From a virus, in the IMG/VR virus record IMGVR_UViG_3300045747_000156, positions 1-62,611 of that record: DNA of 62,611 nt; one strand, written 5' to 3'. The notes beneath the pieces were generated by a model. It was not told the DNA's origin, ran no database searches, and saw nothing but the letters and a program-made list of their open reading frames with translations. Positions 23,258-31,577 of this stretch are shown here, piece by piece. Position 1 is the stretch's first letter; each line of letters begins with the position of its first letter. Position numbers and translations under genes: made by a program.

Positions 23258-24091
23258 TCAGTACTTGCGCTTGGCAGCAGGCTTTGCTGGTGTTGCGCCT
23301 TTGCGAGAAGCAGGACCTTTGACTGGCTTCTCTTCAAGTTCACCCAGTTTGTATGGTGACTCGATGGTGCTCACGGCTTCAGGTTTGCGATCCATGATGG
23401 CCTTCATCAATTCGTTTGGCACCAAGCCCAGGGCTTCAAAGGTGACCTTGAACTGGGAGTTGGCATCAGGCACGACCTTGATCTTGGTGAAGACACCCAG
23501 AGGAGGACGCTTCATGGATGCCGCCAATGTCTTGACGTACGCAGCGTAGCCCTTGACCGAAGTGACTGGGAGCTTCAAGAAACCCAGTTGGGCTTCAGTG
23601 TAAGCATCTTCGTCTTCTTCAGGCGTGAACTCACCGGACTTGTCAAACGTACCGGCTGGGATCAGACCGAGGCGGCGGATGTTGCGGCATGCTTTGCCCT
23701 TGCCCTTGTCAGCAGAGCCAAACTCGTTCATTGCGCAACCGTGGCATGTGTCAGAGGGGTTTGTACCAGCTTCCATGACGGACTCGTGCGGTGCCATGTC
23801 CTTTTCTTCGCGACCGAAGGCGAAGCACAGAGGACCTTTGGGTTCATCAGGATCGTAGTCAGAACCGTAATGCACGTTTTCCAAGACGGAGTCAAGGATG
23901 ATGACTGCCATCTCGTTGTTCTTCATTGGAGAGTCGTTCCAAGCGAGAATGCCGCCCTTGAGACTGAAGAAGTTACCGGTCGCCGTGCTGGCTTCGGTTT
24001 GTGCTGCTGCGGCCGCTTGCTTAGCAAGTTCCTCGTCCCAGTTAGCGACTGCACGAGAAGTGCTTGGTGTTGGTTTCTTTGCGGTGGCCAT
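23258..24091 (-). CDS. Putative ssDNA-binding protein with Cys4 element
   Basis: 277 aa. Highly expressed look: strong RBS aaggaacc and tandem terminators. CHGCAMNEFGSADKGKGKACRN, acidic segment EEDEDAYTE, basic tail. Function not motif-proven. Confidence 0.4.
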   Translation of the reverse strand: MATAKKPTPSTSRAVANWDEELAKQAAAAAQTEASTATGNFFSLKGGILAWNDSPMKNNEMAVIILDSVLENVHYGSDYDPDEPKGPLCFAFGREEKDMAPHESVMEAGTNPSDTCHGCAMNEFGSADKGKGKACRNIRRLGLIPAGTFDKSGEFTPEEDEDAYTEAQLGFLKLPVTSVKGYAAYVKTLAASMKRPPLGVFTKIKVVPDANSQFKVTFEALGLVPNELMKAIMDRKPEAVSTIESPYKLGELEEKPVKGPASRKGATPAKPAAKRKY

Positions 24092-24180
24092 TTAAGGTTC
24101 CTTAGAAGTTAGTGGTTAGTACTTAGTTCCAGGCTTTCCAGGATGTCAACCTCAGAATCGCTGAGGTGCCGAGGTTGCGA

Positions 24181-24585
24181 CTATACCTTGTTCAGGGACA
24201 GTGTAACAACGTTGAAGCGGCTCACACCGGGAATTTCTTTACCGGCTTCCCACATCTCTTTGATGCCTGCAGGTGATAGGCGGTTTTGCATCAGATCCCA
24301 GCGTTTGGTCTTGGTGATGTACTTGTGAAAATCATCGGCGTTGCTGATCTGTGGCTCGTCACGAGTCACAATAGTCACGCGAGCAATCTTGCCTGCAACA
24401 CCGGACGCTTCAGACTTGGGCAGTGTGTTAATGATGTGAGCCTTCAGAGCTTTCTCCTCAGCCTCTACTTCGTCTACCAGTTTTTGGCCTGCAAGACGCT
24501 TGGCTTTGAGTTCGTACAGTTTGTCTGCGCACTCGCCAATGGTCTTTGGGAATTTGTACGTCGGTTTAGCTTTTTCTGTTGCCAT
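24181..24585 (-). CDS. Hypothetical early protein
   Basis: Start MATEKAK at 24585 with ctgaggatcaaaatc RBS, directly downstream of promoter P1. Confidence 0.55.
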   Translation of the reverse strand: MATEKAKPTYKFPKTIGECADKLYELKAKRLAGQKLVDEVEAEEKALKAHIINTLPKSEASGVAGKIARVTIVTRDEPQISNADDFHKYITKTKRWDLMQNRLSPAGIKEMWEAGKEIPGVSRFNVVTLSLNKV

Positions 24586-24618
24586 GATTTTGATCCTCAG
24601 CTTGTTGAACAAGGTTTG

Positions 24619-24662
24619 ATTATATCTACAAACTGCCGGCTTGTAAACACTTATTTGTTTAC
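24619..24662 (-). promoter_or_regulatory. Sigma70-type early promoter P1 with upstream dyad
   Basis: Minus strand TGTAAACAAATAAGTGTTTACA-N17-TATAAT. -35 TTTACA at 24642-24647, -10 at 24619-24624. TGTAAACA/TGTTTACA is a perfect inverted repeat. Confidence 0.7.
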
Positions 24663-24848
24663 AGCTTGAGGATTATCTCTCCAAGATGTAGCTGCTGGTT
24701 TAGGGTTAGTCCTGTAGAAGTGAACCAAGTAGTTCACAACCTGGCCGTAAGTCATTTTGATACCGGTGTCACGCTGAAGCATGGACTGGATGGAGATGAA
24801 GTCCGGGTGCACTGGGATGGTGACACGCGGATGTTTGTGATTATTCAC
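24651..24848 (-). CDS. Hypothetical small protein
   Basis: 65-aa ORF. ATGA-type coupling with the upstream gene. Confidence 0.5.
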   Translation of the reverse strand: MNNHKHPRVTIPVHPDFISIQSMLQRDTGIKMTYGQVVNYLVHFYRTNPKPAATSWRDNPQAVNK

Positions 24849-25213
24849 TGAGTTTCTCCAGCTTTAACTAACGTCTCCAGCTCAAAGAGTATTCTGGATC
24901 TTATTTCATGTCTTGTATCGGCTTCTCCATATACTCCTCCGTTGGCCATTTGCACGGTAGCCTTTTCCAGCTCGTAAATGTCACGACTGATTTTGTTTAA
25001 ACTAGATTGATTGATGTGCGCCCGTTTCTCTATTAAATCGACAATTTTTGCTGATTTATCCCTGATGATGGCTTTAAGGTGCCGCACAATCTCAAGTGGG
25101 AATTCGTCGTCAGTCATCAATGTGCTGTCTGCTGGTGGAGGTGGAACCATGTCATCGCTGTATGTCCCGTTCTGCCATGCCTCCAAAATCTCTATTGCGC
25201 GAGACACAGACAT
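24845..25213 (-). CDS. Hypothetical protein
   Basis: 122-aa ORF co-oriented in the early arm. Confidence 0.5.
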   Translation of the reverse strand: MSVSRAIEILEAWQNGTYSDDMVPPPPADSTLMTDDEFPLEIVRHLKAIIRDKSAKIVDLIEKRAHINQSSLNKISRDIYELEKATVQMANGGVYGEADTRHEIRSRILFELETLVKAGETQ

Positions 25214-25287
25214 TTCTCCGGCTTGCAGCGATTGCAGGAAATAGCGTAGATGGCGTGGCTCACGTACTGGCTGCTCAAGTGCTTCCG

Positions 25288-25401
25288 TCAGTGCTGCGTG
25301 GAGTTTTGCTCTGGCTGCATCTGCTCTATCATCGTTACACTCTTTAGATTCCCCAGCATACTCATCGGCCAGCGCCAGAAGTGTGTCTCTACTGTGTTCA
25401 T
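25288..25401 (-). CDS. Micro-ORF (37 aa)
   Basis: MNTVETHFWRWPMSMLGNLKSVTMIEQMQPEQNSTQH. RBS ggagattgaa. The ATG overlaps the upstream TGA (ATGA). Confidence 0.4.
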   Translation of the reverse strand: MNTVETHFWRWPMSMLGNLKSVTMIEQMQPEQNSTQH

Positions 25402-25703
25402 TTCAATCTCCAAGGTATATCGCTGCATCCGGTTTGCTGCCCGCAATTTGGGCATTGAATGCGGCCTTCTAAAACATAGAACAGTTGGCTGCTGCAATGG
25501 CATTCGTACACCAGAGAGTCTGGGTGTGGGCTTACCTCATAGGTACTGCGGCCCATCATCCGTTTGCACTCAGGGCACTCAAGTTCAACTGCTCCCATAG
25601 GCCATACGCCTGTCCAGTGATGTTTGCACCCAAGGCAAAATGCCTCACCAGAGATATGTGGTTCGCGCTCTTTACGTGCGTCTGCTAAAGATATGACGTT
25701 CAT
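25398..25703 (-). CDS. Zinc-ribbon protein (multiple CxxC pairs)
   Basis: Start MNVISLAD at 25703 (ATGA overlap). CLGC, CPEC, CHC and CPNC motifs. Confidence 0.55.
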   Translation of the reverse strand: MNVISLADARKEREPHISGEAFCLGCKHHWTGVWPMGAVELECPECKRMMGRSTYEVSPHPDSLVYECHCSSQLFYVLEGRIQCPNCGQQTGCSDIPWRLK

Positions 25704-26191
25704 ACCCCTCCCTTTGGCGCTGCTAGTAGTGGCATCCAGTGGGTTGGCTCTGTTGACGCCATTCCGTAGCTGACGAACCATCTATTTGCCCACAATCCAG
25801 TCCAAACTTTTCCGCCGTACTGCCCATGGTCAATTGCCAACAGAATACGTTTCCCATCCTTCGGCGCACTCTCAATAGGCAACCATCCTGCTGGCACTGC
25901 TTGCGGTGCTGCGAACAATGGACGCCACTCATAAGTGGTTTCCATTCGTGGGTTATCAGGCTTGACGTAACCATGTACAGGGGAGCGGCAGTCATACCAG
26001 CCAGACCACGATGTAATCACGCCTTGTGGGTTCACATTGCGTGATGCACGCTCTTGCCACGCCACAGGCTCAGCCTGCATCATCCCCCGCACGATTTCGA
26101 TTGCTTCTGCACATTGGACTCGCCCTTGATTTGTATGGCAGTCCTGACGCGCCATAGTGAGCGCATAAAGCGCTGTTTGTAAGTCTTTCAT
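25700..26191 (-). CDS. DUF551-like protein
   Basis: C-terminal WLPIESAPKDGKRILLAIDHGQYGGKVWTGLW resembles the DUF551 repeat common in phages (from memory). Confidence 0.45.
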   Translation of the reverse strand: MKDLQTALYALTMARQDCHTNQGRVQCAEAIEIVRGMMQAEPVAWQERASRNVNPQGVITSWSGWYDCRSPVHGYVKPDNPRMETTYEWRPLFAAPQAVPAGWLPIESAPKDGKRILLAIDHGQYGGKVWTGLWANRWFVSYGMASTEPTHWMPLLAAPKGGV

Positions 26192-26400
26192 GTCTCGTCC
26201 TTCAGTTTGCGGATTGCTTCTTCTCTGCGTGAATTTGTGTCACCGTCATAGCTGTTAAGCCACATTGCTGCTTCCTCCAGCGCATCGCGCCTGAACTGGA
26301 GCAGTTGGGCTTCTGAGAAAAGTGGTTCAGACGGGCCGTCTTTATCGCCACATACATCGTGGTACTTCCAATGCGTTACTGATTCAGGTAGCTTGGTCAT
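26188..26400 (-). CDS. Hypothetical small protein
   Basis: 70 aa. 4-nt overlaps with both neighbours. Confidence 0.5.
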   Translation of the reverse strand: MTKLPESVTHWKYHDVCGDKDGPSEPLFSEAQLLQFRRDALEEAAMWLNSYDGDTNSRREEAIRKLKDET

Positions 26401-26720
26401 GCTGCGCCTTTCATAGCTGCGTCAATGGCTGCGTCCATATCTTGTTTGGTAACTGAATCGGCATCACCAAGCGGTTCAAAAGCCTTTTCAAGAATCTCCA
26501 GTTCACCGCTTTCGATGATCTCAACCCACCAGACGTAACGCTCCGCATCACGCTGCACTGTCTCAATCTGTGCGCGGAGTGCGTTTATCTCTGCTTGCAA
26601 GTCGCACTGGTTGGAAAGGTTTTCGCGCTGGTCAGCTTTCCAGCCAACTATCTCCGCTTCAAGCTCCGCAATGCGCTTTGCTTGCTGGAGTTCGTTGTCT
26701 GTTAGGTTGGTGATGGTCAT
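26397..26720 (-). CDS. Coiled-coil hypothetical protein
   Basis: 107 aa with heptad-like LQQAKRIAELEAEIVGWKADQRENLSNQCDLQAEINALRAQIETVQ. Confidence 0.5.
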   Translation of the reverse strand: MTITNLTDNELQQAKRIAELEAEIVGWKADQRENLSNQCDLQAEINALRAQIETVQRDAERYVWWVEIIESGELEILEKAFEPLGDADSVTKQDMDAAIDAAMKGAA

Positions 26721-26721
26721 A

Positions 26722-27063
26722 TCAAAGCCCTTCGTCGGCCAGTGCTTCGGCCAGAATTAAGAGGAATAGAGAGCGGTGGAGTTCGTTGTCGCAGTCATGC
26801 GCAACGCGCAGACTGTCTTCAGGCCGCATCCAGTAGCTGCCGTTCGGGATTGCGAACGCATCAGCTGGCGGGTCATCACCAGTGGCGTTCTCCCGCAACT
26901 CCGAACTGATCGGCCCGTATTGCAGGTGCTCGTCGTCGGGATGGATGCGGCAGTCGTTGCTGATCAACTCCAGGTCTGTCACCGCTATCCAAGCTTGGCG
27001 GATACTTCCCCACCGTTGGGTCGTTGCGCCGCGTGCTGCGGCAAAGAGTAGGCGTTTTCTCAT
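26722..27063 (-). CDS. Hypothetical protein
   Basis: 113 aa. RBS aaggaagagca before the ATG. Confidence 0.5.
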   Translation of the reverse strand: MRKRLLFAAARGATTQRWGSIRQAWIAVTDLELISNDCRIHPDDEHLQYGPISSELRENATGDDPPADAFAIPNGSYWMRPEDSLRVAHDCDNELHRSLFLLILAEALADEGL

Positions 27064-27126
27064 TGCTCTTCCTTGTTTGCTTTCAAATAGATTTCACAGA
27101 GTTCGCCGAAGCGAGCCCACCTAGCT

Positions 27127-27303
27127 TTAATCCAGTTTGATAATGTCATCTTTAGGCCGTGTCTGGTTAATTAGGTCACGAACCGCAAGCATCTCATTAG
27201 AGCCACGTCCAATAGGATCACCGGGTTCATAGTTGTCAAACGTGGCTTCCCAATCGAAGTTCCGGTTGGGCACTGGAGGATTCACAAAGGTGGTGTTGAT
27301 CAT
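27127..27303 (-). CDS. Small ORF (58 aa), apparently leaderless
   Basis: MINTTFVNPPVPNRNFDWEATFDNYEPGDPIGRGSNEMLAVRDLINQTRPKDDIIKLD. The ATG lies 6 nt after the TATAAT of promoter P2 and has no SD. Confidence 0.45.
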   Translation of the reverse strand: MINTTFVNPPVPNRNFDWEATFDNYEPGDPIGRGSNEMLAVRDLINQTRPKDDIIKLD

Positions 27304-27309
27304 ATGTAG

Positions 27310-27350
27310 ATTATACCGAACATCGCTAACTTTGTAAATAGCTATTTAAG
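27310..27350 (-). promoter_or_regulatory. Sigma70-type early promoter P2
   Basis: Minus strand TAAATAGCTATTTACA-N17-TATAAT. -35 at 27333-27338, -10 at 27310-27315. TAAATAG/CTATTTA is a perfect palindrome. Confidence 0.7.
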
Positions 27351-27363
27351 GGCCGAAGCCCTT
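27348..27363 (-). terminator. Short GC hairpin after the DUF932 gene stop
   Basis: AAGGGC-TTCG-GCCCTT on the minus strand, followed by AAATAG. Only a weak U-tract. Confidence 0.45.
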
Positions 27364-27366
27364 TAT

Positions 27367-28344
27367 TTAAGCTGATATCGCCAGGGCGCGTTCCAAAGCC
27401 GTGGTCTTCAGTGCGTCGCCACGACCGAACCAAGCAGAAGCCAGACGGGCATCAACTGTCTGAGAGCGAGCAGAATGATCCACAAACTCGGTCGTCGCAT
27501 TCACAAGACCCCACATAGTACCTTCAGCACCGAGCAGAGTACCGCCCATCGCGGAACCGTTGAAGAGGTCCATGATCTTGTTGAACTGGCGGCTCTTGCG
27601 CACGTCTTCACCAAGAACTGTCTTGGTGTCTGCCAACAGAGACTCGATGAACTCGCCTGCGGCCATCTTGCTGACGGACTTCTTGGCCAGTACGCGAGCA
27701 GCACCCATGAACTCAGCAAACTGTCCAGTGGCCAATCCAAGGTTGTCCTTAGCTTCGCGTGGGTCGAACTTGCTTGTGTGCTTCAGAGTGAATGTGCCCT
27801 TGCTGCCCATGCTCTTGCTCAAAGCCATGGACAATGTGTTGTTGCAGACGACACGCACGGTTGTGAACTTGGCGGTTGTAGCCAGAGTACCATCGCAAGA
27901 GGTAGACAGAAGCAAGTAACCACCGACGCGGTCTTCGCCCATGACCACTGCGTCGTCACCGACTTTAGCCAGCGCCCAGAAGCGTTTGCCGTCAAACAGA
28001 GTGCCCGCAGTATTGAGCACATAACCGTTGGTTTCAGTAAGATCGCGGAAGAACTCGAGGACTTCGCCAGGCTGAACAGTCTTGTACTTGGGCGATACGA
28101 TTCCAAGAGCCGCTTTAGTGTCAGAGCGAAAGAGCACATGAGCGTCCTCAAAGATTTGTTGGTTAGCACCTTCACCGTAACGAACACGGCTGCGGTTGAT
28201 TTTCCAGTCCATGCCAGCAGCTTGTTTCCAGGTCTCGATCGAAGCACCAGCTTCAAGAGCTTGGCCCAGGCCATGCCAAGGCGTAGCGCCAACATAAGCC
28301 ATTTCAGCGAAACCGTTTTTACGTGTAGATACTGCAGCAACCAT
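27367..28344 (-). CDS. DUF932 (phage/plasmid-like protein, TIGR03299-type)
   Basis: N-terminus NGFAEMAYVGATPWHGLGQAL...WKQAAGMDWKINRSRVRY and overall length fit the DUF932 family as I recall it. Confidence 0.65.
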   Translation of the reverse strand: MVAAVSTRKNGFAEMAYVGATPWHGLGQALEAGASIETWKQAAGMDWKINRSRVRYGEGANQQIFEDAHVLFRSDTKAALGIVSPKYKTVQPGEVLEFFRDLTETNGYVLNTAGTLFDGKRFWALAKVGDDAVVMGEDRVGGYLLLSTSCDGTLATTAKFTTVRVVCNNTLSMALSKSMGSKGTFTLKHTSKFDPREAKDNLGLATGQFAEFMGAARVLAKKSVSKMAAGEFIESLLADTKTVLGEDVRKSRQFNKIMDLFNGSAMGGTLLGAEGTMWGLVNATTEFVDHSARSQTVDARLASAWFGRGDALKTTALERALAISA

Positions 28345-28399
28345 GGTAATCCTCAGCTTTCTTAAGTTGACCGTAGCACGATTGCCGCGGTATGGATGA

Positions 28400-28443
28400 A
28401 TTATAGTGAGCTTTCAAGTATTTGTAAACAACTATTTGCAAAA
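28400..28443 (-). promoter_or_regulatory. Sigma70-type early promoter P3
   Basis: Minus strand TTGCAAATAGTTGTTTACA-N17-TATAAT. -35 at 28423-28428, -10 at 28400-28405. Confidence 0.75.
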
Positions 28444-28595
28444 TAGTGAAAATATTTATCTCCATGGGCTTTGCTTCGGTCTCCTGACGAGAGCAGGAAG
28501 ACCGTGTGGCCTCGTCCTCCGCCCGTTGACCCATACGCCAGGTTTCAGCGGCTTTGGTTTAGTGAGCGTCTTCACAAGAGCTTCGATGGCGTCCA

Positions 28596-29486
28596 TCACA
28601 TATCGCCCTTGGTTCTGAATCCTTTGAACACTGGAAAGCGGGGCGCGTCCAGGCACCCGATCGGAAAATATTTGAACGTCACAACTTTCCCAATCAGCTT
28701 GCGGTCTGCCCAGATAGCGTCGCGTTGAGCCGCATCGAAACCCGTTCCGATACTGAACTCCACTCCTTTGAAAGTCCCATTGATTCCGCGGACCTTGAGA
28801 GCACCCATTGTGTTCTTTCCCACCATGCCTGCTTTGCTGCTTGAGCGTTCGAGTTGCCCAAGAGCGTTTTTGACTGCCGTATTTCCATTGTGGAGTTGTT
28901 CCTCGATACCGATGACTTCAGCTTCGGCATCCTTGAATTGTTTCAGTTTCAGCAGCCAACCCTGCTTTGCGGTCGATCTTCCTTCTTTGTATAGACCGTC
29001 TAGAGACCTTACCATCAGACCCTCGTAACCTTGCTTGAGGAACTCCGCTTCGACGCGTCTGAGGTCCTTCTCGTGAGAGCAAATAGCGTGAGGAACTACC
29101 TGTACGACGGATAGCTTTGCCGCTGCGACTTCTTTCTGAAGTCTAACGTAACGAGCCCCAAACCCCATATTGGGAATGTGGATGTCGAAGACGTGGAAAT
29201 TGTAATTTGGATAGCCGGCTCTGCTCATGACACCACTTGTTGTGGTGTTGAAGACGTTCTTGTCCGTGGCAGAACCTACTATCAGTTCGCCATCCCAACC
29301 ATTGAGCTTGACCAGCCCAAGGTCTTGCTGAATGCCCTCATTTGGAATGGGCTTACCATTGCGTGAGACCAGCTTTCCACCTTGCACCATGGCACGTATT
29401 CCGTCAAGCTTTGGGCTGATCATCAGCGGGTAGCGCAGACTAGACGTGTCGTCGATCGATGCTGCTAACATGGGCTTGAACATCAT
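28596..29486 (-). CDS. ATP-dependent DNA ligase
   Basis: Adenylation motif SPKLDGIRAM (KxDG); later EGLMVRS and LLKLK motifs. Confidence 0.85.
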   Translation of the reverse strand: MMFKPMLAASIDDTSSLRYPLMISPKLDGIRAMVQGGKLVSRNGKPIPNEGIQQDLGLVKLNGWDGELIVGSATDKNVFNTTTSGVMSRAGYPNYNFHVFDIHIPNMGFGARYVRLQKEVAAAKLSVVQVVPHAICSHEKDLRRVEAEFLKQGYEGLMVRSLDGLYKEGRSTAKQGWLLKLKQFKDAEAEVIGIEEQLHNGNTAVKNALGQLERSSSKAGMVGKNTMGALKVRGINGTFKGVEFSIGTGFDAAQRDAIWADRKLIGKVVTFKYFPIGCLDAPRFPVFKGFRTKGDM

Positions 29487-29590
29487 GGCCTCCAGATGAA
29501 AAGGTCTATGACGATAGCGATGCCAGCAGTCAGATAGACCACCAACAGGGCAATAAGCACTGGGCTCATGGGTTTCAGTTTTGGTTTCAT
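29483..29590 (-). CDS. Micro-ORF encoding a 35-aa single-pass membrane peptide
   Basis: MKPKLKPMSPVLIALLVVYLTAGIAIVIDLFIWRP. ATGA overlaps at both ends (J-domain stop and ligase start). Confidence 0.5.
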   Translation of the reverse strand: MKPKLKPMSPVLIALLVVYLTAGIAIVIDLFIWRP

Positions 29591-29868
29591 TTTTGTCCGC
29601 TCCCCCTGCAGTTAGGGCATGTCAAAAGAATTTGGTTAAAGCCACGACCAGTTGGGATCTTGCCAATGCCTTGGCACACAGAGCAAACTGCTTCCAGTTT
29701 CCGTTCGTACTTCTCCACGTTCAGATAAGCGTTGCGAAGGGTGCTGAATTCACTTGGGAACCCACCACGGTCTGGGTGGTGGATAGAAGCGAGTTCGCGC
29801 CATTTAGCTTTTGCGGCGGCTGTTCCGCATTCTGGTTTGACCCCAAGCAGGTCGTGGTGCTTTGTCAT
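29587..29868 (-). CDS. Minimal DnaJ-like protein (J-domain plus CxxCxGxG zinc-finger pair)
   Basis: DLLGVKPECGTAAAKAKWRELASIHHPDRGG (HPD motif), then CSVCQGIG and CPNCRGSG. Confidence 0.8.
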   Translation of the reverse strand: MTKHHDLLGVKPECGTAAAKAKWRELASIHHPDRGGFPSEFSTLRNAYLNVEKYERKLEAVCSVCQGIGKIPTGRGFNQILLTCPNCRGSGQK

Positions 29869-29869
29869 G

Positions 29870-30103
29870 CTAGTCCTCAGAGCCTTCGCTGACGTCTTGC
29901 TTGATCAGCAGGACATTGAGGTATTCGATCAATTCGGATTTGGCCAACGGGACCTCATGGGCCTCGATGTCAACATCCTTCTTCTTGACCTCAAACGTGG
30001 TCATGAGATCTTCGCGTACTTCGCGAGCATCGGCATTGGTGCTGGCGATACGAGATCCCAACACTTCTCCGCCTGATTTGGCAGTCACTAGATAACAACG
30101 CAT
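29870..30103 (-). CDS. Hypothetical small protein
   Basis: 77-aa ORF, co-oriented. Confidence 0.45.
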   Translation of the reverse strand: MRCYLVTAKSGGEVLGSRIASTNADAREVREDLMTTFEVKKKDVDIEAHEVPLAKSELIEYLNVLLIKQDVSEGSED

Positions 30104-30154
30104 GTAAACCCTTTCAAGGTTAGTTAAGGAAAACGTATTCTACGCTGCAGCAGC

Positions 30155-30388
30155 TTAGCTTTTGCCACGTTTGGAGGCCATCTTGTCATGGTGAACCAAC
30201 AGGTCCAACAGGCCAATGATGATAGGACGCGCTTGCTCAATGTCCAGAGGACCACGCATCTGGAAGACGAGATTCACGTTAGATCCTTTTTGGCGTAGGA
30301 CTGCTTGAACGTGGTCGTCAACAATTAAGTCAAAGCCCTCGACGTCCTTGTAATAGGGGTCGACATGTTTGACAATTTCATAGTTCAT
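30155..30388 (-). CDS. Hypothetical small protein
   Basis: 77-aa ORF. 4-nt overlap with the upstream gene. Confidence 0.45.
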   Translation of the reverse strand: MNYEIVKHVDPYYKDVEGFDLIVDDHVQAVLRQKGSNVNLVFQMRGPLDIEQARPIIIGLLDLLVHHDKMASKRGKS

Positions 30389-30591
30389 GGTTTTGCTTTC
30401 TTATGTTTGGAGCAGACCCAATGGCGTCCACCCATGACGTGTTGAATTGTTCCGCCCAACTGGGCTTTATGAGTGCCGCAGATGGCACACCACTTCACGA
30501 TGCCGAGGCCAAGGTACTCCTTGCTGCCCTCGTACATCTTGCCTTCAGTGGTTACTGCGGAGCTGTAGTTGTCAGATGGTTTATTTGGCAC
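30385..30591 (-). CDS. Small Cys/His-rich (zinc-binding-like) protein
   Basis: WCAICGTHK...HWVCSKHKK. Confidence 0.45.
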   Translation of the reverse strand: MPNKPSDNYSSAVTTEGKMYEGSKEYLGLGIVKWCAICGTHKAQLGGTIQHVMGGRHWVCSKHKKAKP

Positions 30592-30869
30592 TATCTTTGG
30601 CTTTCAAGAATTAGTTCTTCAATGTCTGCTTTTTCGGCGTTTGTCATCTTACCCTCTAGCCATCTTGCTGGGTAGCCTTTGCGATCAAGCACATTGAACT
30701 CGATCTCGGTGTAGCCGTGGTAGTCGTGATCACTTGCAGCGTTGTAACTAAAGCTGCCTTTAACAACGTTGCAGGTTTTCACTTCGATCAAGCATGGAAT
30801 GCCACAAATGGTCGTTTCCAGTGCTCCGCTAATACGGTTAGCGCGACGAATGCTAGCTTGTGTGTTCAT
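30591..30869 (-). CDS. Hypothetical early protein
   Basis: Start MNTQASIRR at 30869 with gctgaggaccatc RBS, just downstream of promoter P4. Confidence 0.5.
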   Translation of the reverse strand: MNTQASIRRANRISGALETTICGIPCLIEVKTCNVVKGSFSYNAASDHDYHGYTEIEFNVLDRKGYPARWLEGKMTNAEKADIEELILESQR

Positions 30870-30897
30870 GATGGTCCTCAGCGTTGTTGAAGATTCA

Positions 30898-30940
30898 ATT
30901 ATACTGTGGTTCACAACATTTGTAAACAGTTATTTGCAAT
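30898..30940 (-). promoter_or_regulatory. Sigma70-type early promoter P4
   Basis: Minus strand TTGCAAATAACTGTTTACA-N17-TATAAT. -35 at 30921-30926, -10 at 30898-30903. Confidence 0.75.
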
Positions 30941-31036
30941 CTCTTCGATGAGGGTTGAATTTGACGGCTAGCAAATGCCCTCCCTAAATGGGATGACCAT
31001 GATGCTTTTGGTGGCTCATCAACCCTCATCGAAGAG
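30941..31036. repeat. 18-bp perfect inverted repeat flanking a 60-nt spacer
   Basis: CTCTTCGATGAGGGTTGA (30941-30958) is the exact reverse complement of TCAACCCTCATCGAAGAG (31019-31036). A CCCTC-ATCC-GAGGG hairpin is adjacent at 31037-31050. Confidence 0.85.
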
Positions 31037-31066
31037 CCCTCATCCGAGGGTCTTCCATCGCGGCTC

Positions 31067-31516
31067 TTAGACTGCGTGACCTTTACGACGCAGCTCGCAA
31101 CGGTACCAGCTGCCGTAGTGCTTTTGGTTCTCGCCCAAAGTGCCTGCGCCCTTAGGACCAAGCGTATCCCACACTTGTTGGTTGGTGAAACCGTCGAGAA
31201 TCATCTCGCGAATCAGAGCAGACACAGACTGGCCTTTTTCTGTCTTTGGTTTGGCAACTGGAGCAACCTTCACAGAGCCATCAGCTTGAACTTGAGCTTT
31301 GAGCTTTGGTGCAGGCACTTGAGTGAGCGTCATGTTGGCCACAGCTTTTTCAGCTTGCTTGTAGACGAAGGACTTAGCACCTTCGATGTCACAGTAGAAA
31401 ACGCCATCACGCTTGATGATGAAGTCGTCGTAGTCAGCTTTGACGATACCGATTTTGCGCAGAGCAGAAGTAGCAGAGTCGCGAGCGGCGTATTTGGTGG
31501 CGTTAGACATGTTCAT
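31067..31516 (-). CDS. Lys/Ala/Pro-linker protein with C-terminal WYRxxLxRKG domain (paralog of the 16157..16762 C-terminus)
   Basis: Start MNMSNATKY at 31516 (RBS ctgaggatcaaatc). Linker APKLKAQVQADGSVKVAPVAKPKTEK. C-terminus SVSALIREMILDGFTNQQVW...YGSWYRCELRRKG. Confidence 0.55.
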   Translation of the reverse strand: MNMSNATKYAARDSATSALRKIGIVKADYDDFIIKRDGVFYCDIEGAKSFVYKQAEKAVANMTLTQVPAPKLKAQVQADGSVKVAPVAKPKTEKGQSVSALIREMILDGFTNQQVWDTLGPKGAGTLGENQKHYGSWYRCELRRKGHAV

Positions 31517-31577
31517 GATTTGATCCTCAGACTTGGTTAAGTGGTTAGCACATTCAGGACTGTTTGTGCATAGATGT

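Noticed and set aside
24120-24167. Perfect TTGACA box (24144-24149, minus strand) next to an ACCTCAG/CTGAGGT hairpin upstream of the SSB-like gene
   Set aside because: No acceptable -10 hexamer lies at 16-19 bp (best is TAAGTA), and the hairpin lacks a U-tract. I did not call a promoter or terminator.
27475-28365. 296-aa plus-strand ORF
   Set aside because: It is opposite the DUF932 gene, which has a recognisable family pattern, a consensus promoter, an RBS and a downstream hairpin.
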